From NCBI GenBank assembly GCA_964016885.1, contig OZ024740.1, positions 216,070,001 through 216,134,000 on the forward strand: a stretch of 64,000 nt of DNA. The letters are read 5' to 3'. The stretch comes from Eledone cirrhosa (taxonomy: Eukaryota). A program made the position numbers and the translations under genes. Positions 29,101 to 39,600 of the stretch are shown here, in pieces (the first letter of the stretch is position 1; every line of letters begins with the position of its first letter). The notes beneath the pieces are model-generated. The model did no database searches. It worked only from the letters and a program-made list of their open reading frames with translations, and had not been told where the DNA came from.

Positions 29101-29434
29101 ACTGAGGTATACTCCACCTTACAGCAGTGACCTAGCCAGAGGTACTGAGGTATACTCCACCTTACAGCAGTGACCTAGCCAGAGGTACTGAGGTATACTC
29201 CACCTTACAGCAGTGACATAGCCAGATGTACTGAGGTATACTCCACCTTTCAGTAGTGACATAGCCAGAGGTACTGAGGTATATGCCACCTTACAACAGT
29301 GACCTAGCCAGAGGTACTGAGGTATACTCCACCTTACAGCAGTGACATAGCCAGAGGTACTGAGGTATACTCCACCTTACAGCAGTGACATAGCCAGAGG
29401 TACTGAGGTATATGCCACCTCACAACAGTGACAT
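2131..29434. repeat. 43-bp satellite array, about 635 monomers, consensus GCCAGA(G/T)GTACTGAGGTATACTCCACCTTACA(G/A)CAGTGAC(C/A)TA
   Basis: Monomer starts fall at 2131+43n at every position checked (2561, 7334, 16321, 22341, 29221, 29393). Stop codons occur in all six frames, so no ORF. Confidence 0.99.
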
Positions 29435-29744
29435 GCACTTGAAATGTTGTTTTCTTTTTGTACAGAATAAACAAGCAAAAAGATAAATAAATGACAGGCA
29501 GAGATACTCACTCACCCCCTAGTTGTTGTTGTTGTTGTTGTTATCTATCTATCTCTCTTCTCTGCTATATAATTGGTTGGCTGTATCAGCCTTAAATATC
29601 AAATTACTATTTTTATACTTCATATAAAGTAGACAGAGAAATACTTTATTATCTTGGCAGAGAAAAAGCATAGTGTGTGTATATATATATATATACACAC
29701 AAGTATAAACACACACATGTATATATATACCTGTATATATATGC

Positions 29745-29796
<52 letters not shown>

Positions 29797-30187
29797 GTTC
29801 AACTACTGGTTTATGTTTAATTTGGAGTGTGAAGACATTCAATCATTCACATCAAACAGAATATTGGGAAAGACAACATTGACCTTAAAACACTGCTAAC
29901 AAAATTCTTACTTTTACACAGATTTTCAGCATGTCTTCATTGCTCTCTTCTGGGGTAACATTTTCTCTATTCTGTCCAATACAACCATGAGGCGTCATAT
30001 GACTAAGGATTCTATATATTGGAGAGGCAGAGCACTGAAACTGTAGAGGTGTGACACCTCTTCGTTAACTGGTTTGTGATGTTACCATTGGCCAATACAT
30101 ACATATATGTTTACACAAGACATAACAAAGCTAGTATCAGGTAATAGCCCTGAAATATCATGTTGAAATATACTGGGTAAAACATTA

Positions 30188-30658
30188 CTTTGTTTTGTTT
30201 TATTTGTCATCATTCGCTCTTTATATATTTCTACCAACGTGTACTTGGTTTTTTTAAAACTTATCGGTCTTTTATAACCAAGCTACGTTTTTACTCAGAA
30301 TTTTATAAAAAAAGTATAAAATATTTTTGTAGTATAGTAGGTTACAAGTTAGAGGGGAAGTGACATCAGGTCAGTACAACAAGAGACCCCTTTTTTCTTT
30401 CATGAGGCATGATGAGAGTATGTGAGACTCTCAAATTCTGTTGGGACCATTTCAGGTTGCTGAGCAGCAGGAATGAACCAATGTTACGAAATTCCCAAAG
30501 TGTGTTCTGGAAGTATTTCAATTACAATTTTTATTAAAAGTATTTATCTACACTTATTGGTCTTTTTAACAAAAGACCAATAAGAGTAAAAAAAAAAAAC
30601 GGTGCAATGTGGTAGAAACATATAAAGGGCAAAGGATGACAAATAAAACAAAACAAAG
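30188..30658. mobile_element. aged fold-back element (about 85-bp inverted arms) with internal decayed HHR motif
   Basis: 30188-30273 is the imperfect reverse complement of 30571-30658. Internal ATGATGA-GAGT..ACTC-TCAAAT at about 30409-30437. Confidence 0.55.
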
Positions 30659-30669
30659 GTGCTAAGGTG

Positions 30670-31240
30670 TTTCATCCCTTGCCTTTCCTTTGAACAACAT
30701 CAGTGATATGGAGTGTGGGATTTGAACTCAGAATGTAAAGAGCTGGAGCAAATACTCTTGTGCATTTGTTTGATGTGCTAACAATCCTCCCAGATCACCA
30801 TAATAATATTGATTTCTCATCTTAGCACAAAGCAAGTAATTTGTGGGGACGGGAAAGGTGATTACCTCAACCTTAGTATGTGACTGGTACTTTATTTTAT
30901 CAACCCCGAAAAGGTGAAAGGCAAAGTTGACCGTGGCAGGATTTGAAGTCAAGACGTAAAGAGCCAGAATAAAGTATCTTGTCTGACACTAACGATTCTG
31001 TTAATCTACCGCCAATAATAATAATGATTTCATATTTTGGCACAAAACCAGCAATGTTGGTGGGAGGAATCGATTATATCAACCCCAGTATTTGACTGGT
31101 ACCTTATGTTATTGACCACTGAAGGATGAAAGGCTAAAGTTAACCACATAATGTTTGATCTTAAAGAGTAAAGATCTGGCACAAATACTGCAAGTTATTT
31201 TGTCCATTGTTCCAGTAATTCTATTAATCCACCACCATAT
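30670..31240 (-). mobile_element. three head-to-tail diverged copies of the tRNA-headed SINE
   Basis: Repeated GGATTTGAACTCAG / CTGGTACTTTATTTTATCAACCCC / GCACAA motifs at about 30720, 30830-31015 and 31035-31240. Confidence 0.75.
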
Positions 31241-31738
31241 AATATAGATAATATAAATAATAACAACAACAACAGAGTTTGTGGCTTCTGGATTAAAATG
31301 TCGAGGAATTTTCAGCTGCATTTGGTAAGAAGCCAAAGCTAGGTACCATGATAGATGAGAAAAGAGAGAAGTGTTCTGACAGAGAAAAGAGAGAAGTGAA
31401 ATGGTCTAATACATATTTATTAAACTAGCAACAGACTTTATAAATAGCATCTGATATAAAAGGCAGTGGTGACTGACAGGCTTTATAGATGATCAATTAT
31501 ACTTTATCATATCTATGTTAACATCTTAGCAATAAAGACAATTGTCCACCAAGATGTATTGACAGTATATTGAGAGAAATGATAGTTTGGGAGATGACAA
31601 AACTGGAAGAGGAACCAAGCTATGGAAAAGATGAGCTATTAAAATATGACATAACATCTATTGTTAGACTTTAGACTGATTGAAAATATACTTGTCATCC
31701 ATAGTAGAATACAAAACAATATTGAACTAAGAATGACT

Positions 31739-32558
31739 ACTTGACATATACATATTATATAATAGTGTAAACTAAGGTACCTTTAAACCTAGCACAATTC
31801 CTTTGACTTATACATATTATATAATAGTGTAGAATATAGGAGATCCAGAAGCAGACCCCTGAGGATCTAGCCAGATCAGTTGGAGATGGTTGATTCTGAC
31901 AGGACCCGCTGGAAGGAGTGTTTGAGGACTCTGCCCTCACCACCCTCCCAGGAATAAGAGAGCGAAGAAGAGAAGATATATGTAGTATAAATTAAGGTAC
32001 CTTTAAACCGAGAACCATTCCCTTGACTTATACATATTATATAATAGTGCAAACTAAGGTTCCTTTAAACCCAACACCATTCCCTTGACTTATACATATT
32101 ATATAATAGTGCAAACTAAGGTTCCTTTAAACCCAACACCATTTCCTTGACTTATACATATTATATAATAGTGCAAACTAAGGTTCCTTTAAACCCAACA
32201 CCATTCCCTTGACTTATACATATTATATAATAGTGCAAACTAAGGTTCCTTTAAACCCAACACCATTCCCTTGACTTATACATATTATATAATAGTGCAA
32301 ACTAAGGTTCCTTTAAACCCAACACCATTCCCTTGACTTATACATATTATATAATAGTGCAAACTAAGGTTCCTTTAAACCCAACACCATTCCCTTGACT
32401 TATACATATTATATAATAGTGCAAACTAAGGTTCCTTTAAACCCAACACCATTCCCTTGACTTATACATATTATATAATAGTGCAAACTAAGGTACCTAT
32501 TAAACCCAACACCATTCCTTGACTTATACATATTATATAATAGTGCAAACTAAGGTAC
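31739..32558. repeat. 62-bp minisatellite (about 9 homogeneous copies 31985-32558 plus an older copy at 31739-31830)
   Basis: CCTTGACTTATACATATTATATAATAGTGCAAACTAAGGTTCCTTTAAACCCAACACCATTC recurs at 32021, 32083, 32145 and onward. Confidence 0.95.
31836..31978 (+). mobile_element. LINE-like 3' end fragment (RTE-type), family also at 35727-35930 (-) and 55195-55520 (+)
   Basis: Shared AGGAGA.CCAGAAG.AGACCC...TTGGAGATGGTTG.TTCTGACAGGACC.GC..GAAGGAGTGT.TGAGG..TCTGCC with a purine-rich tail. Confidence 0.6.
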
Positions 32559-32714
32559 TATCTCATAAATGATAGAAAACAATATTGAAGTAAACATAAT
32601 CCCCTTGACTTTTATATAACAGAGAAAACAAAGTTACCATCTCATAAACAAATACTGCAATAACTAATCATGCATAACCTAAAACTTTACTTTGAAAACA
32701 AGAAAGACCTGAAT

Positions 32715-33010
32715 TCTTGGATGCATTCGGTAAGAGTTTTCAGCAGACATATTGGGATGAGTGAGCTTTGTATCAGCAAATATGTTGTATTTGTTATAAA
32801 GAGAAGAACAACAAGGGAAAAGTTCAAGAGAATTATCCTTATATGAGATCACTGAAGGAGCATGAAGGATAAAAATATTTCAATGTGTTGTATTATGATG
32901 ATGATGATGATGATGATGATAGGGTGAAACAGAAGAAAATGGAAGGTAACATCTGAGAAGTGTACAAGAAGAAGGAAGTTAGGAAGATGATGTAAACAAA
33001 ATTAAATGAA
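32715..33010 (+). pseudogene. decayed reverse-transcriptase fragment, probably R4/Dong clade
   Basis: Reads VRVFSRHIGM..CISKYVVFVIKR and EHEG*KYFNVL, resembling the FSxDIGMxFGxxKC...YKYLG region; frameshifts and stops present. Confidence 0.5.
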
Positions 33011-33029
33011 AGGATTATTATTATTATTA

Positions 33030-33735
33030 TTGGTAGAATTGTTAGAAGGTCATAGAAAATATCTTGTGGTATTTCATCCAGGGTAAATAAAATGAACTAC
33101 CAGTTAGCTACTAGGGTTGATATGATTGATCAAGCTCTCCATAAATAACGTACCCCATCAGTTGATATAATTGACTGCTCTCTTCATTAATGAAGTATCA
33201 TCATCATCATCACCATTTAATGTCCATTTTTCCTGCTATCAGGAGTCAGATGAGTTGTCCTGTTGTGAGACAAGTCAGATCAGATGACCGTGTCTTGTTC
33301 ATACAGAAATGTCTCTGGCTTGCTTTCTATGATTGGATGTCCTTCCTAATATCAACCACATTTACAGTGTGGACTGGGTGCTTTTTACAGTTTTCCTTAA
33401 TTAATGGGGTTGATATAACTGACTAAGCTCTCCATAAATAAAGTACCCATTAATTTTTGAGGTTGATATACCTGACTATCTTCTCCATTAAAGTACCAGT
33501 CATGTACTGGGGTTGGTTTAACTATCTTCTCCCTTAATAGAGTACCAGTCATGTACTGGGGTTTGACATAATTGACTAACTTCTCCATAAACAAAGTATC
33601 CTTTAACTATTGGAGGTGATATGACTAAGCTCTCTATAAATAAAGTACCAGTAACGTACAAAGGTCGATATACTCAGTGAACCTTTCCCACTAAAATATA
33701 GGCTTTGTGTTTATGTTAGAAACAAATACTAGAAG
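33030..33735 (+). repeat. degenerate tandem amplification of an about 55-bp SINE core segment, interrupted by an RTE-tailed SINE (33195-33385, -)
   Basis: AAATAAAGTACCAGT..TGTACTGGGGTTGATATAA.TGACTAAGCTCTCCAT recurs about 7-8 times. Confidence 0.7.
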
Positions 33736-34085
33736 CAACATATGTGTAATATCAATAGTGATGTATTGTGAACCCTGTCCTTTGGTGGAGAGAAACTGGA
33801 GCTCTATGAAATGGAGATATACAATGTGATTGAGTGAATAAAGAAATGCTAGTAGACTATGTATATATGAAGAAAAGAAGGAGATTAAGGGCCAGTGAAT
33901 GTAAACAAGTTCCCTTGTTAACAATAGGAATAGAACAGTGAAGTTGATAAATATGAAGAGAAGTTTATATATACTGCTGGAATCAATACTAGGTATATAA
34001 TAGAAGTACAGAAAGATATACAAAGAAGAAGAGAAGAAAGAGAAAGCTGAACATGGATGTGAGAGAAAGATTATAAGAAGCTTTA

Positions 34086-34339
34086 TTAAACCTTTTGTTA
34101 TCTTATATCTAATGAAAGACACTACCTATGATTTTCAAATAATTTCAAATATAATCAAGAATTTAAAAGGGTTTAGTAAAATAACTTTCTCAATATTAAG
34201 TTTGGAATATAACTTAACAAAGGTTCTTAAACAATAATTATGATGGATGACTTTTAGGTAAATATAAAGGTGGAAAACAAACAGTTTCATATCACAGAAC
34301 CAGAAGCAATTTCAGACAGTCTGGTAGCAAAAGAGTTAA
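34086..34339 (+). mobile_element. TTAA-flanked MITE (piggyBac-like); family copies at 41625-41887, 42498-42725, 52531-52789, 55595-56828
   Basis: Ends TTAA(A)CCTTTTGTTA...GTAGCAAAAGAGTTAA; shared body TTAACAAAGGTTCT, TTTAGTAA.ATAACT, ATTTTCAA.TAATTT. Confidence 0.7.
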
Positions 34340-34449
34340 AAGAGATGCTGTGCTGAGAATGACCTGTCCAACCCATGCAAGAATGGAAAATGGACGTAAA
34401 AACGATGATGATGATGATGAAGATAAGGTCATATCTAGAGTATAACATG

Positions 34450-34690
34450 GAAGCAAAATAAAGAGAAAGTATTGAAAAGTCTCTAAAATTGAGTAGAGAA
34501 GTGAGAATATTGTGAAAAATTGAACTAGAAATATTTGTGTTGTCATAGCAACTGAGGGAACAACACTTTAGGTTCAAGAAACTGAGATGCCAGAATGGAG
34601 ATTCAGAGAACAGAGTTTACAGAAGAAAACTGATGTTGTTTGCTGCTTTACAAGAATTCTTCCAAAAATTCCTGTAGAGTTGAGAAGAGT
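34450..34690 (+). pseudogene. possible decayed C-terminal (restriction-like endonuclease) region of an R4/Dong-type LINE
   Basis: Weak similarity to EKxEKYxxLxxEVxxLW...VIxxxG...LQKxxLxxxxRIL; heavily degenerate. Confidence 0.3.
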
Positions 34691-34734
34691 TGTTGACAAT
34701 AAACTATAAACATTTGATATGATCAATATGTTTG

Positions 34735-35030
34735 ATGAATGTGATAATGGTGATGATTGTGAAGGTGATGGTGATGATTGTGGTGATGATAATGCTGATT
34801 GTTATGATGATGATGATGATTGTGGTAATGGTGGTGATGGTAATGATTGTGATGATGATGATAGTGACCGTGATGATGATGATGATGATGATTGTGGTGA
34901 TGATGGAAATAATGTCGACATGGTTTTAATGATGATGATAATGATAATTATGCAATGATGATGATGATATAATGAAAGTGAGGATAGTGACGGTGATGGT
35001 GATGATGGAGATAATCATGATGAGGACTAT
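34735..35030. repeat. degenerate (GAT/GGT)n tract
   Basis: Direct inspection; source of the poly-D and poly-M ORFs. Confidence 0.9.
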
Positions 35031-36048
35031 AATGTACAGTGTATTTAAACACTTGTAGTGTAGTTAACCCTTTAGCATTTACATTACCTATTTTCATGGT
35101 TAACACTTTGTAGAAATTAAATAATTGACTTAATAATTGTTTCTACTTTAGGCACAAGGCCAGCAATTATTCCAGTGCATTACTGGTACTTTATTTTATC
35201 GACCCCGTAAGGATGAAAGGCAAAGTTGTTGTTTTATTATAATCCTGAAGTTAACCCTTATAACAATGCCAGCCCAATATACTAGACACAGTAATATAAC
35301 CTAAAGTACTACAGTGATATATCAGCTGAGAAGTGTACTGCTCTTCTATTGCTTTTGTCTATTAACCTATAGTAATTTGTACTAAACCATCACCATCATC
35401 ACTGTTTAACATCCATTTATCGTTTTGCGGTTAGACAAGTTGTCCTGTTGTGGGCAATGTTAGGTCAGGTGAGTATGTCTTGCTCATACAGAACTGATTT
35501 TAGCTTGGTTTCTACAGCTGGATGCCTGTCCTAATACCAACCTCACTTATAGTGAGTAGTGGGTACTTTCTTGTCATGACACCTATACGACCACTTTACA
35601 GTGAGTTCTGGGTGCTTTTTGTCATGACACCTACACACCACACTGAGTTCAAATCCCGCCGAGGTCAACTTTACCTTTCATCTTTTCAAGGTCAATAAAA
35701 AAAGTACCAGTTCAGTACTGGGGTCTTCTTCCTTTTCTTTGTTCACTTATTATTGAGAGGGTCATGGAGGCAGAGTCCTCAAACACTCCTTCTAGCAGAT
35801 CTTGTCAGAAGCAACCATCTCCAACTGATCCAGCTGGATCCCCAAGTGAGACCAGTCGAGCTCATGGATGTTATCCAACCATCCTGCTCGGGGTCTACCC
35901 CTGGGTCTCCTGATAGTACTGGGATAGAACCTCTCTCTTTCTCTCTCTCCTTTCCTTCTTTGGAAGAAATCAGCTGTGTTCAGATCAACAGTTGTCTTTC
36001 AAACAATCTTTCTTTGTTATAATGTAATTTAATTGGTTGATAATCCCC

Positions 36049-36270
36049 TTAACCCTTTACCATTTATATTACTCTATATCTACTATTGTATTTTCACAGT
36101 AAAGGCTTTAGCTTACATAATTATCTCACATAATATCAAATCTATGAGATTTTGATGATGTTATTTATGTTGAGAACAATACCTTAACATCAGTATGAGC
36201 AGCCAGTTAAAACAGAAAGAGGTGAGAGAATTCTGGTTGGATATGACCAGTTTAAATGCTAAAGGGCTAA
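36049..36270. mobile_element. piggyBac-like MITE with TIRs CCCTTTA(C/G)CATTTA and TTAA-type flanks
   Basis: ttaaCCCTTTACCATTTA...TAAATGCTAAAGGGctaa; a solo left end is at 35064. Confidence 0.75.
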
Positions 36271-36859
36271 TACTCTCTTTTCTGTATCTCAACAGTGTCT
36301 CATTTCACCAAGTGGTTTCAATGTTTAGAACTTTGATCAATCTACTTCTTCCCCAAACTTTCCTTTACATCTATAGATGCTCCGAGTATCCTTTCTTTCT
36401 TTCTTCCACTGACAAACTCATCACACACACAACTGAATGTGTCATCAGCCCACACACACACACACATTCACTCACACGCAAACACACACACATTGAAGAA
36501 CAGTTAATCTATCAATAACTTCCTTCCCCGAGAGACAGCTAATGGTGCTGGTTCACTGAATACATCAATACACACACTCACATGCGTGCGCATGCACAGA
36601 AACTCTCTCTCACACATTCAACAGACCAGTTAAATCCATGGATTCTTAATCTTTCAACAGATAATAACTAGTATCGTCCCATTCAATGTAACATCAATCC
36701 AACACACATTTAAACTTAGAACATAAAGTGTTGTAATTATATGCCACAAAACATGTTTCCGATGCTCTACCGGCACAGCCAATCCTCTCAATGTAACATC
36801 AATCCAACACATACACACATACCAATGGATCCTTAATCCTCAGACAAATAATAAATACT

Positions 36860-37325
36860 TGTTTTTACATTTGGCACAAGGCCAGCAATTTGGGGGAGGG
36901 GGAAAAGTCGATTAAATCGACTCCAGTGTATTACTGGTACTATATTTTATAAACCCCCGTAAGGATGAAAGGCAAAGTTGACCTCGGCAGGATTTGAACT
37001 CAGACAAATAATAAATAAGAACTGATACAGGGTAGAGAGGATTCTTGAGTCCTGTAAAACAACCTCTCTAGTGCTGCTGGCACAAATAATGCACCCAATG
37101 CATGCTGTAAAGTGGTTGGTGATAGGAAGGGTATCCAGTCTGAAAAACCCTGCCAAAAATATGGAAGGCTTGACAAATATGTCACCCAACCCATCCAAGT
37201 GTGGAAAAAAATGGACATAAAGATGATGATGATGAAGATGATGATGATGATGATTATGTCCCATTCAATGTAACCCATCCAAGTGCGGAAAAAAATGGAC
37301 ATAAAGATGATGATGATGATGATTA
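36860..37325. mobile_element. tRNA-headed SINE (-, 36860-37005) followed by an RTE-tailed SINE (+, about 37060-37255) with duplicated tail (37273-37325)
   Basis: Family motifs as above; the tail CCATCCAAGTG.GGAAAAAAATGGACATAAAGATGATGAT is present twice. Confidence 0.75.
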
Positions 37326-37519
37326 TGTCCCATTCAATTAACTAATCCTAAACATATTCAACAGTTATTTGATGGATCGTTTTTTCAGCCATTGACAGAC
37401 AACTAATGATTGTCCCACAGAATAGATTGTTATTCCAGATATTCCTCAGATATAACAGATTCCTTCCTCTCCATTTTCAATAACAGAAACCCTTCTCAAC
37501 TATTTTGTTCACCATTTTC

Positions 37520-38015
37520 CATTGACATCCACACACACTACCATATATAATCATTGACATCCACACATACTATCATATATAGTCATTGACATCCACACAT
37601 ACCATATATGGTCATTGCCATCCACACACACTACCATATATCGTCATTGACATCCTCACACATTACCATATATAATCATTGACATCCACACATACTACCA
37701 TATATAGTCATTGACTTCCACACATACCATATATGGTCATTGGCATCCACACACACTACCATATATGGTCATTGACATCCTCACATACTACCATATATAG
37801 TCATTGACATCCTCACATCCACCATATATAGTCATTGACATCCTCACATGCCACCATATATAGTCACTGACATCCACACATACCATATATGGTCATTGAC
37901 ATCCACACATACCACCATATATGGTCACGGACATCCCCACATACTTCCATATATAGTGATTGACATCCACACATTCTACCACTGACATCCACACATACCA
38001 CCATACATGGTCATC
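37520..38015. repeat. 30-33-bp minisatellite CATTGACATCCACACATACTACCATATATAGT, about 15 copies
   Basis: Direct inspection. Confidence 0.95.
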
Positions 38016-38094
38016 TGTAATTTGGAAGCATATGAAAAGACATTGTTGCTTACAGAAGTAAATGCTTTATGAACATACTCCATAACGATGATCT

Positions 38095-38192
38095 GGAGGA
38101 GGAGGAGGACGAGGACGACGACGGCGGCGGCGGCGGCAGCAGCAGCAGCAGCAACAACAACAACAACAACAACAACAGCAGCAGCAGCAGCA
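38095..38192. repeat. graded trinucleotide series GAG-GAC-GGC-AGC-AAC-AGC
   Basis: Adjacent tracts each differ from the next by one base. Confidence 0.9.
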
Positions 38193-38199
38193 ATATATT

Positions 38200-38867
38200 A
38201 ATAATTGTTTCTACTATTGGCACAAGGCCAGCAATTACCCAGTACATTACTGGTACTTTATTTTATCGACCCCGTAAGGATGAAAGGCAAAGTTAACCTT
38301 GGCAGGATTTGAAGTCAGAACGGCAAGGGCCGTAACTCTATGCGTCAAAGCATGGCGTCCGACGCTCTACCGATACTGCCAATTCACCTGTCTATAATAA
38401 TGTTGATTATAATGATAATAACAATAGGGAAACTCCTGATATATTTCCTGAAACATAAATGATAAAAAAACAACCCATAATGAAGATAGCAACAGTAATA
38501 GCTAATAACAATAACAATAATAACGATAATAATAATAATGACAGTAATAACAATAATAAAAATATTAACCATAATAATGTTAACAATAATAATAGTAATA
38601 ATGATAATAATAATATTTGTAATAGCAATAATTGTTTCTACGTTAGGCACAAGGCCAGCAAATACCCAGTGTATTACTGGTACTTTATTTTATCGACCCC
38701 GTAAGGATGAAAGGCAAAGTTAACCTCAGCGGGATTTTGTAATAGCAATAATAATAATAATAATTGTTTCTACTTTAGGCACAAGGCCAGCAATTACCCA
38801 GTGCATTACTGGTACTTTATTTTATCGACCCCGTAAAGATGAAAGGCAAAGTCAACCTCGTCGGGAT
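38200..38867 (-). mobile_element. cluster of three tRNA-headed SINE copies (38200-38385 full; 38627-38737 and 38760-38867 5'-truncated) within (AAT)n
   Basis: Near-identical ATAATTGTTTCTAC..TGGCACAAGGCCAGCAATTACCCAGTG.ATTACTGGTACTTTATTTTATCGACCCCGTAAGGATGAAAGGCAAAG. Confidence 0.9.
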
Positions 38868-38970
38868 GATTTCATTTATTAACCACAAGGGCCGACATGT
38901 AGGGGACAATACAAAGACAGGGACAGTGGGGGTTTACAATAAGGTCGAGTAAAAGTGCACAATGGCAAGA
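38868..38970 (-). mobile_element. probable L1/Tx1-type LINE 3' tail fragment
   Basis: Minus strand ends ...GGCCCTTGTGGTTAATAAATGAAAT (polyA-signal-like); family assignment from memory only. Confidence 0.35.
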
Positions 38971-39009
38971 CTAATTTAACAATGAAAATATAAAAATATA
39001 AAATAAACT

Positions 39010-39297
39010 ATGCATAAATATAACAACAATAATAATAATAGTAATAATAATAATAATGATAACAATAGTAATAATAATAATAATAATGATAATAATAATA
39101 GTAATAATAATAATGATAATAATAGTAATATAGTAATAATGATAATAATAGATGATAATAATAATAATAATAATAATAGTAATGACAGTAATAATAATAT
39201 TAATAATATTAACCATAACAATGTTAACAATATTGATAATAATAATAGTAATAATGCTTTCTTTATTATAATAGTAATAATAATAATAATAATAATG
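39010..39297. repeat. (AAT)n degenerate microsatellite
   Basis: Direct inspection. Confidence 0.9.
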
Positions 39298-39600
39298 AGC
39301 TGCTATTTTGGGACATTTGACTAGACAGCATAACTTGAAATGAAAAAAAAAAGGAAAGAATTAACAAACAATGTCAAAAAAAAAAGCAGAAAAAATGCTA
39401 AAAATATTAAAATCAGTCGGGTATAAATTTAATTTTGATCGGCAACTTCTAAAATAGACTGTAAAGTTTGGTGAGAATGTCTGTAAGTTGGAAATCAAGT
39501 GATGACCGCTTTGCTGAACAGACCGTGACATAAGCTGCTATCAGCCAATACTTGAACACTATTGATTGCTCTATGTGGATGTGTTTCACTTCTTTTCAGT

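Noticed and set aside
2131-29434. CRISPR-like array or repetitive protein gene
   Set aside because: There are no unique spacers, monomers are contiguous, stops occur in all frames and the context is eukaryotic.
2131-29434. Satellite monomer as a hammerhead or as a micro-exon array (ccttacag...AG|gtac)
   Set aside because: CTGAGGT is not CUGANGA and there is no GAAA box; implied introns of about 20-26 nt are too short.
33691-34122. 143-aa hydrophobic ORF suggesting a membrane protein
   Set aside because: Antisense of purine-rich sequence, starts inside a MITE, and has no recognisable motif.
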